Shown: piece after piece, positions 27,839-36,439 of the stretch
How the letters are laid out: the number at the start of each line of letters is the position of its first letter
Position numbering within the stretch: position 1 is the first letter of the stretch
Origin: Erysipelotrichaceae bacterium
GTDB taxonomy: Bacteria > Bacillota_I > Bacilli_A > Erysipelotrichales > Erysipelotrichaceae
DNA length: 64,000 nucleotides
Assembly: GCA_036641395.1 (NCBI GenBank)
Contig: JAVWEY010000004.1
Span: 633 to 64,632 of the forward strand
Direction of reading: 5' to 3'
Notes under the pieces: model-generated
The model's input: the letters and a program-made list of their open reading frames with translations, nothing else
The model's database searches: none
Told to the model about the DNA's origin: nothing
Position numbers and translations under genes: made by a program

Positions 27839-29446
27839 TTATTTTGATAGTTTTTTTACTAGTTCAAGTAATAAAAGTGGGGCTATGTGAAATGAATAAT
27901 CTTCATCAATTCGCTCCGTATATTTATGAGGGTCTTTACCTAGTGGTCCAAAGTTCACAAACGGGATATCTAGTTCTCTAATATCACTAAGTGGTACTTG
28001 ATAATGCTTTCCCCATAAAGGAAAATTCAATGTTAAAGAATCAATATCAATTGTCTCTCTTAAAGATAAATAAGACATATCGGTTAAACCATTAAAACAA
28101 TAATTAATTTCAAATGATTCATCATAAAGATAAGCTTCCTTACTCAATTCATTACAGGCTTGAATGAGTTCACTGCTTTCACTAATAAAGCCTGTATGAG
28201 GATAATAAGGTGGTGCAAATGCAAGGATTACTTTAGGATCACGATTAGGTGCAAAACGGTTACATTCTTGAATAATTTTAAGTGTCATATCTCGTAAATC
28301 GTTAGCCTCTAATTCATCACAGTACTTCTTCATATGGCTTACAAAACTATCTCCATGATATTGTTTACAGTTATCATATAATTCTTGATAACTCAATACT
28401 TGAGGTATGAAGTGCGTACATGGAAAATCTTTATTCGTTAATTTCTTTGCTGCTTCATATTTTAATTGTCGATCCTTTAAAACTTCTTCAAAAGCATTAT
28501 TCGCAAGTTCACGAATCTGCTTTAATATTTCATTTGGAGTTTTACAAATCGTCATTAAATTAAAATAACACCAAGCATCATATGGAGTTTGAACACTGTA
28601 TTCACCTTTTAAATCAGATAATCTAAGACACGTTGGAGCCGGTGTATCATACCCATTAGCACGGTCGATAAAAGCTGGGGATAATTCCATCTTTTCAACA
28701 ATTTTTCCACTTAATAAATTAGGATCCAATCCAAAATAAGGATCCCCTACATGCGTTTCTTTTCCCACACAATAAAATAATGGCATAATCTTCCCTGCAG
28801 CACCAACAAACATCCGTTTTCCATTCTCTAGTTTCTCAAAAGAAATATCTGGTTCGCCAACAATACAAGAAGTTATCTTTATATCATGTTCCTTTTGAAA
28901 CGCACAAAGCGTATGTGCTGCCGCACACATTCCTTCACTATTTCGCTCTTCATCTGGTACAGAAACAAGCAGAAGATTCGCATTTTGTTGATTTTCGTGT
29001 TCATCAAAATAATGGAGTAATTCAATATCAACACTGATACCCCATTTCATATCACAAACACCACGACCAAATAGATAATGATTATTTAAATCCTTTTCTA
29101 CTTCTTCATCTAATTTGATTTTACCTTTTTTTAAAAAAGCCGTATATGCAATTGGATCAAACGCTAAGGATTGTGCCATTCCATATTCTTCTACATCAAC
29201 TACATCAAAATGCGATAAAAGTAATATTGTTTTTTTCGTTACTTTTTTTGCCTTTTTTAAGGCAAAAAGATAACTTCCATTTTTAAGTTTATATTCAAAT
29301 ATAGTGTTTGGATTTTGTTTAAAATAATTAATTTTTAGTAATTCATTTTTAATTGCTTGTGGCATTAATGTTTCTTCATAACTACCAGAAACACTTGCAA
29401 CATGGCATAAATTCAATAAATGTTCTTTTATTCGATCACAATTCAT
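27839..29446 (-). CDS. M20-family metallopeptidase, RocB-like
   Basis: SHFDVVD, GRGVCDMKWG and PDEERNSEG motifs. Length of about 535 aa resembles B. subtilis RocB. Confidence 0.7.
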   Translation of the reverse strand: MNCDRIKEHLLNLCHVASVSGSYEETLMPQAIKNELLKINYFKQNPNTIFEYKLKNGSYLFALKKAKKVTKKTILLLSHFDVVDVEEYGMAQSLAFDPIAYTAFLKKGKIKLDEEVEKDLNNHYLFGRGVCDMKWGISVDIELLHYFDEHENQQNANLLLVSVPDEERNSEGMCAAAHTLCAFQKEHDIKITSCIVGEPDISFEKLENGKRMFVGAAGKIMPLFYCVGKETHVGDPYFGLDPNLLSGKIVEKMELSPAFIDRANGYDTPAPTCLRLSDLKGEYSVQTPYDAWCYFNLMTICKTPNEILKQIRELANNAFEEVLKDRQLKYEAAKKLTNKDFPCTHFIPQVLSYQELYDNCKQYHGDSFVSHMKKYCDELEANDLRDMTLKIIQECNRFAPNRDPKVILAFAPPYYPHTGFISESSELIQACNELSKEAYLYDESFEINYCFNGLTDMSYLSLRETIDIDSLTLNFPLWGKHYQVPLSDIRELDIPFVNFGPLGKDPHKYTERIDEDYSFHIAPLLLLELVKKLSK

Positions 29447-29469
29447 GAAAATCTCCTTATTTTTTAATA

Positions 29470-29498
29470 TGAAAAGAAACTGTCAAATGCGACAGTTT
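29470..29498 (-). terminator. Rho-independent terminator after the YbaK-like gene
   Basis: 8-bp stem aaactgtc/gacagttt (29477-29484 / 29491-29498) with a 6-nt loop, then CTTTTC on the minus strand. Confidence 0.6.
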
Positions 29499-29976
29499 AT
29501 GCTTTGGGAAGTGCTACATATAGTACTTCATTTTCAATTGTTTCATATACTCTCTTTAAGTCTTTACACTTCATCACATAACTAGTTGTTGGTGTTCCTG
29601 CAGAACAAATAAAGGAATCGTGATTGAATATTTGTTCATCAACAATTATTTTTATATCTTTATCATAGCCAAAACTAGTCGCACAACCAACTTCATAGCC
29701 AGTGACATTCATTAAATCCTCAGATGATGATATAGATACCTTTTCCCCTAATAATTCTTTCATGAACTTACGATCAAAACGCATTCCTTCAATGCTAACC
29801 ATAACATAATAACTTCCACTCTTACCTTTAAGAAATAGATTTTTGCTCTCGATGCCCTCTAAATTATATTTTTCATCAACAAAGTGAGCACTTTCATAGT
29901 CAACAACTTCTTCATGTTCAAGATAGCGATATTCGATATCTAAGTCATCCATAATTTTTAATAAATTATACCTCAT
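29497..29976 (-). CDS. YbaK/ProX-type aminoacyl-tRNA trans-editing deacylase domain protein
   Basis: YbaK-like fold features (KNLFLKGKSGSYYVM, GYEVGCATSFGY). ATG 29976 (MRYNLLK) has GAGG 8 nt upstream and lies 1 nt after the Zn-ribbon stop. The track start at 30015 overlaps the upstream gene. Confidence 0.7.
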   Translation of the reverse strand: MRYNLLKIMDDLDIEYRYLEHEEVVDYESAHFVDEKYNLEGIESKNLFLKGKSGSYYVMVSIEGMRFDRKFMKELLGEKVSISSSEDLMNVTGYEVGCATSFGYDKDIKIIVDEQIFNHDSFICSAGTPTTSYVMKCKDLKRVYETIENEVLYVALPKA

Positions 29977-29977
29977 A

Positions 29978-30181
29978 TCATTTAGCCTCAATTTTAAATA
30001 AATTTGGTTTTTCAACTCTGCTTCCTAAAATCATTCCACATTTATGACAGATTAAATGTTCAATTCGCGAATTACTGAATCCCATTTTATTCGCCGCCAT
30101 ACTTCCTTGTCCAATTTGCATTCCTAGTGACAATTCTTCACTCCCACAATAGGGACATTTCTTTATTGGCCATTCATTCAT
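29978..30181 (-). CDS. 67-aa zinc-ribbon protein (CPYC...CHKC)
   Basis: Two CxxC pairs 40 residues apart. Strong GGAGG SD 8 nt upstream. Own promoter. Confidence 0.65.
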   Translation of the reverse strand: MNEWPIKKCPYCGSEELSLGMQIGQGSMAANKMGFSNSRIEHLICHKCGMILGSRVEKPNLFKIEAK

Positions 30182-30205
30182 AATAATACCTCCATTTATA
30201 AGTAC

Positions 30206-30234
30206 ATTGTAAGCAAATATAAGTAAATAAGCAA
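30206..30234 (-). promoter_or_regulatory. Sigma-A-type promoter of the Zn-ribbon/YbaK pair
   Basis: The minus strand reads TTGCTT (30234-30229), a 17-nt spacer, then TACAAT (30211-30206). Confidence 0.5.
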
Positions 30235-30255
30235 CCTTAAGATTGTTTATATATT

Positions 30256-31152
30256 TTAAGCAAATTCGTGAAGATACAAGTTTGAATTCTTAAAATAATC
30301 ATTGATTTCATCTTCTTTGATTTGAATTAATTCACAAAAAGCTTTTGGATCATTAATTCGAATCATTGTATTATCTTTTAATGATTCTATTTTAGTTCCT
30401 AAAAAACTTAAATCCTGTGCTTTTGGTACATCGATATATAGTTTTTTATTTCCACTTACTATTTTAGAAACAAGTGCTTTCGCAATCGATTGATTTTTAT
30501 AAATAAATTCATCTACTTCAATATAATCATTCTGTTCATAATAACTTAAATAACCAACACATTGATCTTTTTCATAACAACCAAATAAGTTTCCACCTTG
30601 AGCTTTAACTTCCTTTAAATAATCATTAAAATAAGCATTATCTCGATTATAATATCCATCATATGCTTCCATAAATTCATCATAACACTCTTTTAAATTA
30701 CTTGAGTCGATTACTGCTTCAATCTTAAATATTTCATTAGGCATTAAATGTAAGACATGATAACGTTGATTATAATAAGTCATTTTAAAGTTAAATGGTG
30801 TATATAACATAGGATTATACGCTTGAATAAGCGTAACCATTTCCTGGGTTTGCGCTAAATAAAGCGCTTTTTCGACAAGTGACTTCATATATCCTAAATG
30901 GCGAAAACAAGGATCAGTTGCAACCCACATAATCATTGATGTTGGAATTATATGTTGATGAAAAGATATTTGATGAGGATTACGATACAAGGTTGCGATA
31001 ATTTTCTTCTCTTTTCGAATCAGTAATGTATTCTCTGGTTGAAATTTATTTTCAAAGAAATAATCAGTATAACCATGATCATCTTCCTTAAAAATACGTT
31101 TCCAAAAGTGATAGATTTCAAGGGTATCAAGTGATTTAGCAATTTCAATCAT
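30256..31152 (-). CDS. GNAT-family acetyltransferase, Eis-like two-lobed type without the SCP2 tail
   Basis: Motif-A-like VATDPCFRHLGYMKSLVEKAL, followed by a second GNAT-like lobe. ATGA overlap with the upstream DUF2156 gene. Confidence 0.65.
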   Translation of the reverse strand: MIEIAKSLDTLEIYHFWKRIFKEDDHGYTDYFFENKFQPENTLLIRKEKKIIATLYRNPHQISFHQHIIPTSMIMWVATDPCFRHLGYMKSLVEKALYLAQTQEMVTLIQAYNPMLYTPFNFKMTYYNQRYHVLHLMPNEIFKIEAVIDSSNLKECYDEFMEAYDGYYNRDNAYFNDYLKEVKAQGGNLFGCYEKDQCVGYLSYYEQNDYIEVDEFIYKNQSIAKALVSKIVSGNKKLYIDVPKAQDLSFLGTKIESLKDNTMIRINDPKAFCELIQIKEDEINDYFKNSNLYLHEFA

Positions 31153-32057
31153 ACAATATGTTCACATTCACAAAGACGATATTTTTCAATCATAAAGATT
31201 GGGTGATACGCTTCTTTCGCACTGCGAATATTCTCTTTTCCCATATCATCTTCTCGATTAACATAAGTACAATCAAGAAATTCTCTTGTTAAAAATTCCT
31301 TCACCATCGCTTGATAAATACCTCGAATCTCATCATCCCCTTTTTCAACATTAATCTGACACATATTACTAGATAATAATGAACCAATCGTAAATGCTTT
31401 TATTTCACCATCAATACGAATAATACCACCCTTTTGTGGTAATAAATCCCAATTTCGCAACAAGCGTTTCACTCCAATTCGCTCTTGGTTTAGGAATTCA
31501 TCTTCATTATCTTTCTTCCATTCATCTAAAAAAGCAATACATTCTAAAGCATTATTCGCATTCAATGATTCATAAAGATAATGATTTTCATATAAGGTAT
31601 AAAAAGCATTCAAATGATTTCGTTTCTTTTGTAACTTTTTACCTGAAAAAGTTCTTAATTTTTCACACTCATAAACATAATCAAAACTATCACGAACACT
31701 GCATGCATGATAGTTTGGAAATACTTCGGTTGTAATATCCATTGCTTCTTTCGTAAAACAACTTAAAATAAAAGGCATCTTATAAAAATCAAAGATACTC
31801 TTAGCTTTTAGAATAGCCTCTTTAAAATATTCTGGCTTACATAGTGGCATATATAAGAATAATTTCTTTTCATGAATTCCTAATAATAGTAAATAGTGTT
31901 CATTATAACATTTCCATAATGGATAAACATCCATCCATAGAATCATATTCACAATATTATGATTACTCTCTTCATAGCTAGCTAACTTTAGATATTTCAT
32001 TACTAATGAAATATCATCGATTGTGAGAGTTTCAAAATCTTTATCCAGCGAGTTCAT
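31149..32057 (-). CDS. Stand-alone DUF2156 protein (MprF C-terminal, aminoacyl-tRNA-dependent transferase-like fold)
   Basis: About 300 aa and soluble. The pattern resembles the C-terminal synthase domain of lysyl-phosphatidylglycerol synthases (COG4866-type). Assignment is by family resemblance only. Confidence 0.55.
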   Translation of the reverse strand: MNSLDKDFETLTIDDISLVMKYLKLASYEESNHNIVNMILWMDVYPLWKCYNEHYLLLLGIHEKKLFLYMPLCKPEYFKEAILKAKSIFDFYKMPFILSCFTKEAMDITTEVFPNYHACSVRDSFDYVYECEKLRTFSGKKLQKKRNHLNAFYTLYENHYLYESLNANNALECIAFLDEWKKDNEDEFLNQERIGVKRLLRNWDLLPQKGGIIRIDGEIKAFTIGSLLSSNMCQINVEKGDDEIRGIYQAMVKEFLTREFLDCTYVNREDDMGKENIRSAKEAYHPIFMIEKYRLCECEHIV

Positions 32058-32123
32058 CTTTATACCCCTCTTCCTACAATATAAATTATAACTTATTTTA
32101 ATTTATTTTAAAAGGCAAACACT

Positions 32124-32645
32124 TTATATATGGTAATGAAGGACTTCACAATTATTAATGATTTTATTTGTTTTAATTTTATTAAAATAATTTTGAAATG
32201 GTATACTAATTCCTCCATGAGCTACGATTAAAATCGTTTTACTACTAACGTTTGCTTTTAATTCATCTAAAAATTCATTAATTCTCTTTTCCACATCAAG
32301 AAATGATTCACCATTATTTGGCTTATAATTAACTAGAGGATCCCACATTGTTTTTACTCTAGAAAGTTCAATTGAATTACCTTCTAAATCACCAAAATTA
32401 CGTTCACGTAACCGCTCATCGACGATAATTTCCTTATGATGTGTTTCATTAATAATACTAGCCGTTTCATAGGCACGTGATAGCGGTGAGGCAATAACAA
32501 AGTCAAAGTTAATGTCATGTAAGAGTTTTTGTGCTTCCCTTGCCTGTGATCTTCCAATATCGTTTAAAGGAATGTCAGTATCACCCTGTATTTTGCCTTC
32601 TACATTCCAATCAGTTAGTCCATGTCTTACATAATATAGTTTCAT
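32124..32645 (-). CDS. Histidine phosphatase family protein (PhoE/GpmB-like)
   Basis: RHG motif (YYVRHGLTDWN) and a C-terminal AHGG histidine. Confidence 0.8.
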   Translation of the reverse strand: MKLYYVRHGLTDWNVEGKIQGDTDIPLNDIGRSQAREAQKLLHDINFDFVIASPLSRAYETASIINETHHKEIIVDERLRERNFGDLEGNSIELSRVKTMWDPLVNYKPNNGESFLDVEKRINEFLDELKANVSSKTILIVAHGGISIPFQNYFNKIKTNKIINNCEVLHYHI

Positions 32646-32657
32646 TGTTTACCTCTT

Positions 32658-34148
32658 CTAAAGCAATTTCATCGCTTTCTTATTATCTTGATATAGTTTA
32701 TCATAAATGATTCGATATTTCTTATATATTGCTTGATTATCTTGATTTGGTTGAATCATTCTTTGCGGTTTAACGACTTCTTCTAATTCCTTCCAAGTGT
32801 ATCTACCAGATGCAACCATCGCTAGTAAAGCATCCCCATAGGATGCCCCAAAACTCACTTCACACACTCCAACAACTTTTTGTAAGACATCTGCTATGAT
32901 ATGTAGCCACGCATCATTTTGTGTTCCTCCACCAACTAACATAATTTTTTTAATTGGTAAATGGTGTTCTTCTAATATTTCAATGTGTTGAGCAATTGAA
33001 AAAGCTATTCCTTCTAAAGCAGAACGATATAAATGAGAGCGTGTGTGATGAAGTTTTAAACCAAAAATTAACCCACTAGCATCTTCATCATTGATTGGTG
33101 TTCGCTCCCCTGCAAAATATGGAAGTGTGATTAACCCATCACTTCCAGCTGCAATTTTATTAACATCGTTTGCCATATAAGTAAAAGCATCCATCTCTTT
33201 ATTTTTTTCATCAAAATATAATTGATCTCGATACCATTTTGTAAGCGTTCCTGCTGTATTTGTTCCACCTAAAATACTAAAAGTATCAGGAATTATAAAA
33301 GTACTAGGCCACAATCTATCTTCCTGAATCAATTGATCACATAAATAAACGAAGTAACAAGAAGAACCTAATTGAACCATTAAATCACCACTATTAAAAA
33401 CTCCCGTACTAATTGCTTCAGCTCCAGAATCCCCTGTTCCACAAATTACACGAGTGTGCGATGATAATCCCATTAGTCGTGATCCTTCATTAGTTATTGT
33501 ACCTACGATATCCGTTGCAGATGATAAATCAGCCATATGTGAATCTTTTATAAATAGATTACAATTATCCTTATCAATATGATTATTCTTTAAATCATAA
33601 AACGGAACAAAATCTTCTGCTAAATAACGATCAATAACATATTTACCAGTTAATTTATAAGTTAAAAAAGAAGAAGCCGTTAAAAACTTATAAGTATTTT
33701 GATAAACCTCTGGCAAATTATTTTTTATCCATAATATTTTAGGAGCAACATCACTTGAACATAAATCATGTAGAAACACTGCTTTTGCTTGATCACCATA
33801 ATACTCATTTAAGTAATTAATTTCATTTACAGCTCGATGATCAATTCCATAAAGAATTGCTTTCATTAACGGTTTGCCTTGCTCATCTACACTTAAACAA
33901 TCACAACCCATTGCACTAATTCCAAGAACATCAATTGCTTCCTTATTCACCTTACTTTTATTTAATAATTCATTTGATAGCGAACATAATTCTTCCCACC
34001 AAATCATTGCATCCATTTCAAAATAACCTGGTTTTGGATTTTCAATGGAATGAGAGCGAATTGCAATTTCGATTACTACGGCATTTTCATCAACAAGAAC
34101 CCCTTTGCTTTGATTTGTACCGACATCAATTCCCATATAATATTTCAT
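32658..34148 (-). CDS. FGGY-family carbohydrate kinase (substrate unknown)
   Basis: MGIDVGTNQSKG N-terminal actin-fold motif and the C-terminal FGGY signature region GGGTQNDAW. Confidence 0.85.
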   Translation of the reverse strand: MKYYMGIDVGTNQSKGVLVDENAVVIEIAIRSHSIENPKPGYFEMDAMIWWEELCSLSNELLNKSKVNKEAIDVLGISAMGCDCLSVDEQGKPLMKAILYGIDHRAVNEINYLNEYYGDQAKAVFLHDLCSSDVAPKILWIKNNLPEVYQNTYKFLTASSFLTYKLTGKYVIDRYLAEDFVPFYDLKNNHIDKDNCNLFIKDSHMADLSSATDIVGTITNEGSRLMGLSSHTRVICGTGDSGAEAISTGVFNSGDLMVQLGSSCYFVYLCDQLIQEDRLWPSTFIIPDTFSILGGTNTAGTLTKWYRDQLYFDEKNKEMDAFTYMANDVNKIAAGSDGLITLPYFAGERTPINDEDASGLIFGLKLHHTRSHLYRSALEGIAFSIAQHIEILEEHHLPIKKIMLVGGGTQNDAWLHIIADVLQKVVGVCEVSFGASYGDALLAMVASGRYTWKELEEVVKPQRMIQPNQDNQAIYKKYRIIYDKLYQDNKKAMKLL

Positions 34149-34150
34149 AA

Positions 34151-34960
34151 CTAAGCCTTTCGATATTGCTTAACTACTTCCATAAAAGCACTCACACGTT
34201 TTTCATCAATTCGCTCACGTGACTTTCCATCTTTTTTAAACGTCGTACCAACAAAAGCACCATCACATTCATCAAAGATTGCTGCTACATTATCAATTTT
34301 GCATCCTGTACCACAAAATACCGGTGTATTATTTGCATATTTTGTGACCTCAAGAATTGATTCCATAGCCGGACCATTTCCCGCATTACTTCCAGCCACA
34401 ACAAAAGCATCAGGATGACAATTGTTGTTTAAACTTTTTGTTATTTCACCAAGGGTACGATTATTTACATAAACTTCATCCTCAGAATTAACAAAATAAA
34501 ACAACTTTAAATCATCTTGACGCAAAGTATGTTTTAAACGTATTGTATGAGCAATATCACGATCAATTAAACCAAAGTCACCAGCCCAAGCACCCGTGAA
34601 TAAACAACGAGTAAATTGAGCGTTACAAGCAGCACATAATTCAATTGTTGCATCGCCATCATAAATTGCTTCTACACCAAAGGGTACTTTGATATCTTTT
34701 AAAAGTGATCCAACAACTACTGCCATTGCATTAGTTGTTACTTGTGATACCTTTCTTTGATAGGGCAAACTAAATTCATTGGTGATTAATATCGCATCAA
34801 CACCACCCTTTTGTAAGGCATCAAGATCACGTGCTGCATGTTTAATAATATCCTTCATACTTGTTTTTTCATCAAAAAAAGGATCTCCAGGTAATTCATC
34901 CAAATGAAGTAAACCAATCACTACCTTATCACAATGAAACATTTCATTTAACCAACTCAT
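34151..34960 (-). CDS. BtpA/SgcQ-family TIM-barrel protein
   Basis: MSWLNEMF...VIGLLHLDELPGDP... is collinear with E. coli SgcQ (MSWLKEVIG...AMCHLRALPGDP). 269 aa. Confidence 0.8.
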   Translation of the reverse strand: MSWLNEMFHCDKVVIGLLHLDELPGDPFFDEKTSMKDIIKHAARDLDALQKGGVDAILITNEFSLPYQRKVSQVTTNAMAVVVGSLLKDIKVPFGVEAIYDGDATIELCAACNAQFTRCLFTGAWAGDFGLIDRDIAHTIRLKHTLRQDDLKLFYFVNSEDEVYVNNRTLGEITKSLNNNCHPDAFVVAGSNAGNGPAMESILEVTKYANNTPVFCGTGCKIDNVAAIFDECDGAFVGTTFKKDGKSRERIDEKRVSAFMEVVKQYRKA

Positions 34961-34992
34961 ATTGCCCTCCTCTTATGTATATATGTAGTTAC

Positions 34993-35021
34993 ATTCTAAC
35001 ATAAGCAAGCAATAATGTCAC
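34993..35021 (-). promoter_or_regulatory. Candidate internal promoter before the btpA-kinase-phosphatase genes
   Basis: The minus strand reads GTGACA (35021-35016), a 17-nt spacer, then TGtTAGAAT, an extended -10 (34998-34993). Confidence 0.4.
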
Positions 35022-35035
35022 ATTCACAAAGATGA

Positions 35036-36439
35036 TTATGATTCAATAATTGATGAAAACCAGACATGATTAAGTTGTTTTAATAACTCATCACTAACCC
35101 TTGGACCAGCACTTCCTGGGGGATAAGAATAAATCTTGTTTCCTTCTTCTAAATACAATTGATGAAGTCTTTCCATATAATCCCAACTCAATTCAATTTG
35201 ATCCCATTTAGAAAACCAATACGGTTCCTTCTTAATACATGCAAGTAATAATCGCTCATAAGCATCTGGTGTATTTATTCTATTTACTTCTAAACAACTC
35301 TGACAAAAATCCATATTAACTTTCATAATCTCATTACTATTACCAGGTTTTTTAATATTAAACTGTAAATAAATACCTTCCATTGGTTGAATCTTTATTA
35401 CTAAAACATTTGGTTGTGCTTGTGCATAATGCTGTTTAAAAACAATCGCAACTTCCATTTCACGTTTATTTAGTTTCTTACCACTACGGATATAAAAAGG
35501 CATATCCTGCCATCTTTCATTATCGATGAATAAACGTAAACCAACATAGGTTTCCGTTTTAGAATCCTTTGCGACTTTCGGCTCACTTTGATAGCCATCG
35601 TATTGTCCCATAACCATCGTATCTTTAATTGAAATATTATTTAAGGAGCGCATTGAACGCAATACTTTTAACTGTTCCTCATGCATTGCATCTTCATTAT
35701 TACTTGGTTGTTCCATCGCAATAATACTAAGAATTTGAAGGAGATGATTTTGAACCATATCTTTTAAAGCACCACTTTGATCATAATAATCACCACGATT
35801 TTCTACTCCAATATCTTCAAAGGCACTAATTTGAATCGATTCAATAAATTCGTGATTCCATATATTAGAAAAAATTGGATTTGTAAAACGAATCGTTTGA
35901 ATATTACGAATCATTTCTTTACCTAAATAATGATCAATACGATAAATATTATCTTTAATAAAGAAATCTTCCATTTTCTTATTTAATAATTTAGCTGCTT
36001 TAAGATTCTCACCGAAAGGTTTTTCAATCATTAAAGATGCTTCATTTGAATGCTCAACAACCTTTAAACCATCAATTATAATTGAAAAGAATTGTGGTGC
36101 AACCGCAAAATAAAATATATGATTTCTTAATTTATAGTTATTATATAAATGATTTAATTCATGGTAATTATCTTTATTTGTAAAATCCATTTGAAAATAT
36201 AAAATAGAATGACATAATTCATCAAAAGTTTCTTCTTGAAATGATAGCCGAGCAAATTTCTTTACCCATGGTTTTACCATATCACAATATTGATTATGAT
36301 CATAATCTCTACGACCAATTATAATAATTTTAGCTTGTGTATCCCATTCATTATTCGCAACCAAATTATATAAAGCAGGTAATAATTTACGTAAAGTTAA
36401 ATCACCAGTTCCTCCAAATATGGTAAGACTACTAGCCAT
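35036..36439 (-). CDS. zwf: Glucose-6-phosphate 1-dehydrogenase
   Basis: IFGGTGDLTLRKL and RIDHYLGKE motifs. ATG 36439 (MASSLTIFGG) overlaps the gnd stop by 8 nt. The track extension lies inside gnd. Confidence 0.92.
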   Translation of the reverse strand: MASSLTIFGGTGDLTLRKLLPALYNLVANNEWDTQAKIIIIGRRDYDHNQYCDMVKPWVKKFARLSFQEETFDELCHSILYFQMDFTNKDNYHELNHLYNNYKLRNHIFYFAVAPQFFSIIIDGLKVVEHSNEASLMIEKPFGENLKAAKLLNKKMEDFFIKDNIYRIDHYLGKEMIRNIQTIRFTNPIFSNIWNHEFIESIQISAFEDIGVENRGDYYDQSGALKDMVQNHLLQILSIIAMEQPSNNEDAMHEEQLKVLRSMRSLNNISIKDTMVMGQYDGYQSEPKVAKDSKTETYVGLRLFIDNERWQDMPFYIRSGKKLNKREMEVAIVFKQHYAQAQPNVLVIKIQPMEGIYLQFNIKKPGNSNEIMKVNMDFCQSCLEVNRINTPDAYERLLLACIKKEPYWFSKWDQIELSWDYMERLHQLYLEEGNKIYSYPPGSAGPRVSDELLKQLNHVWFSSIIES

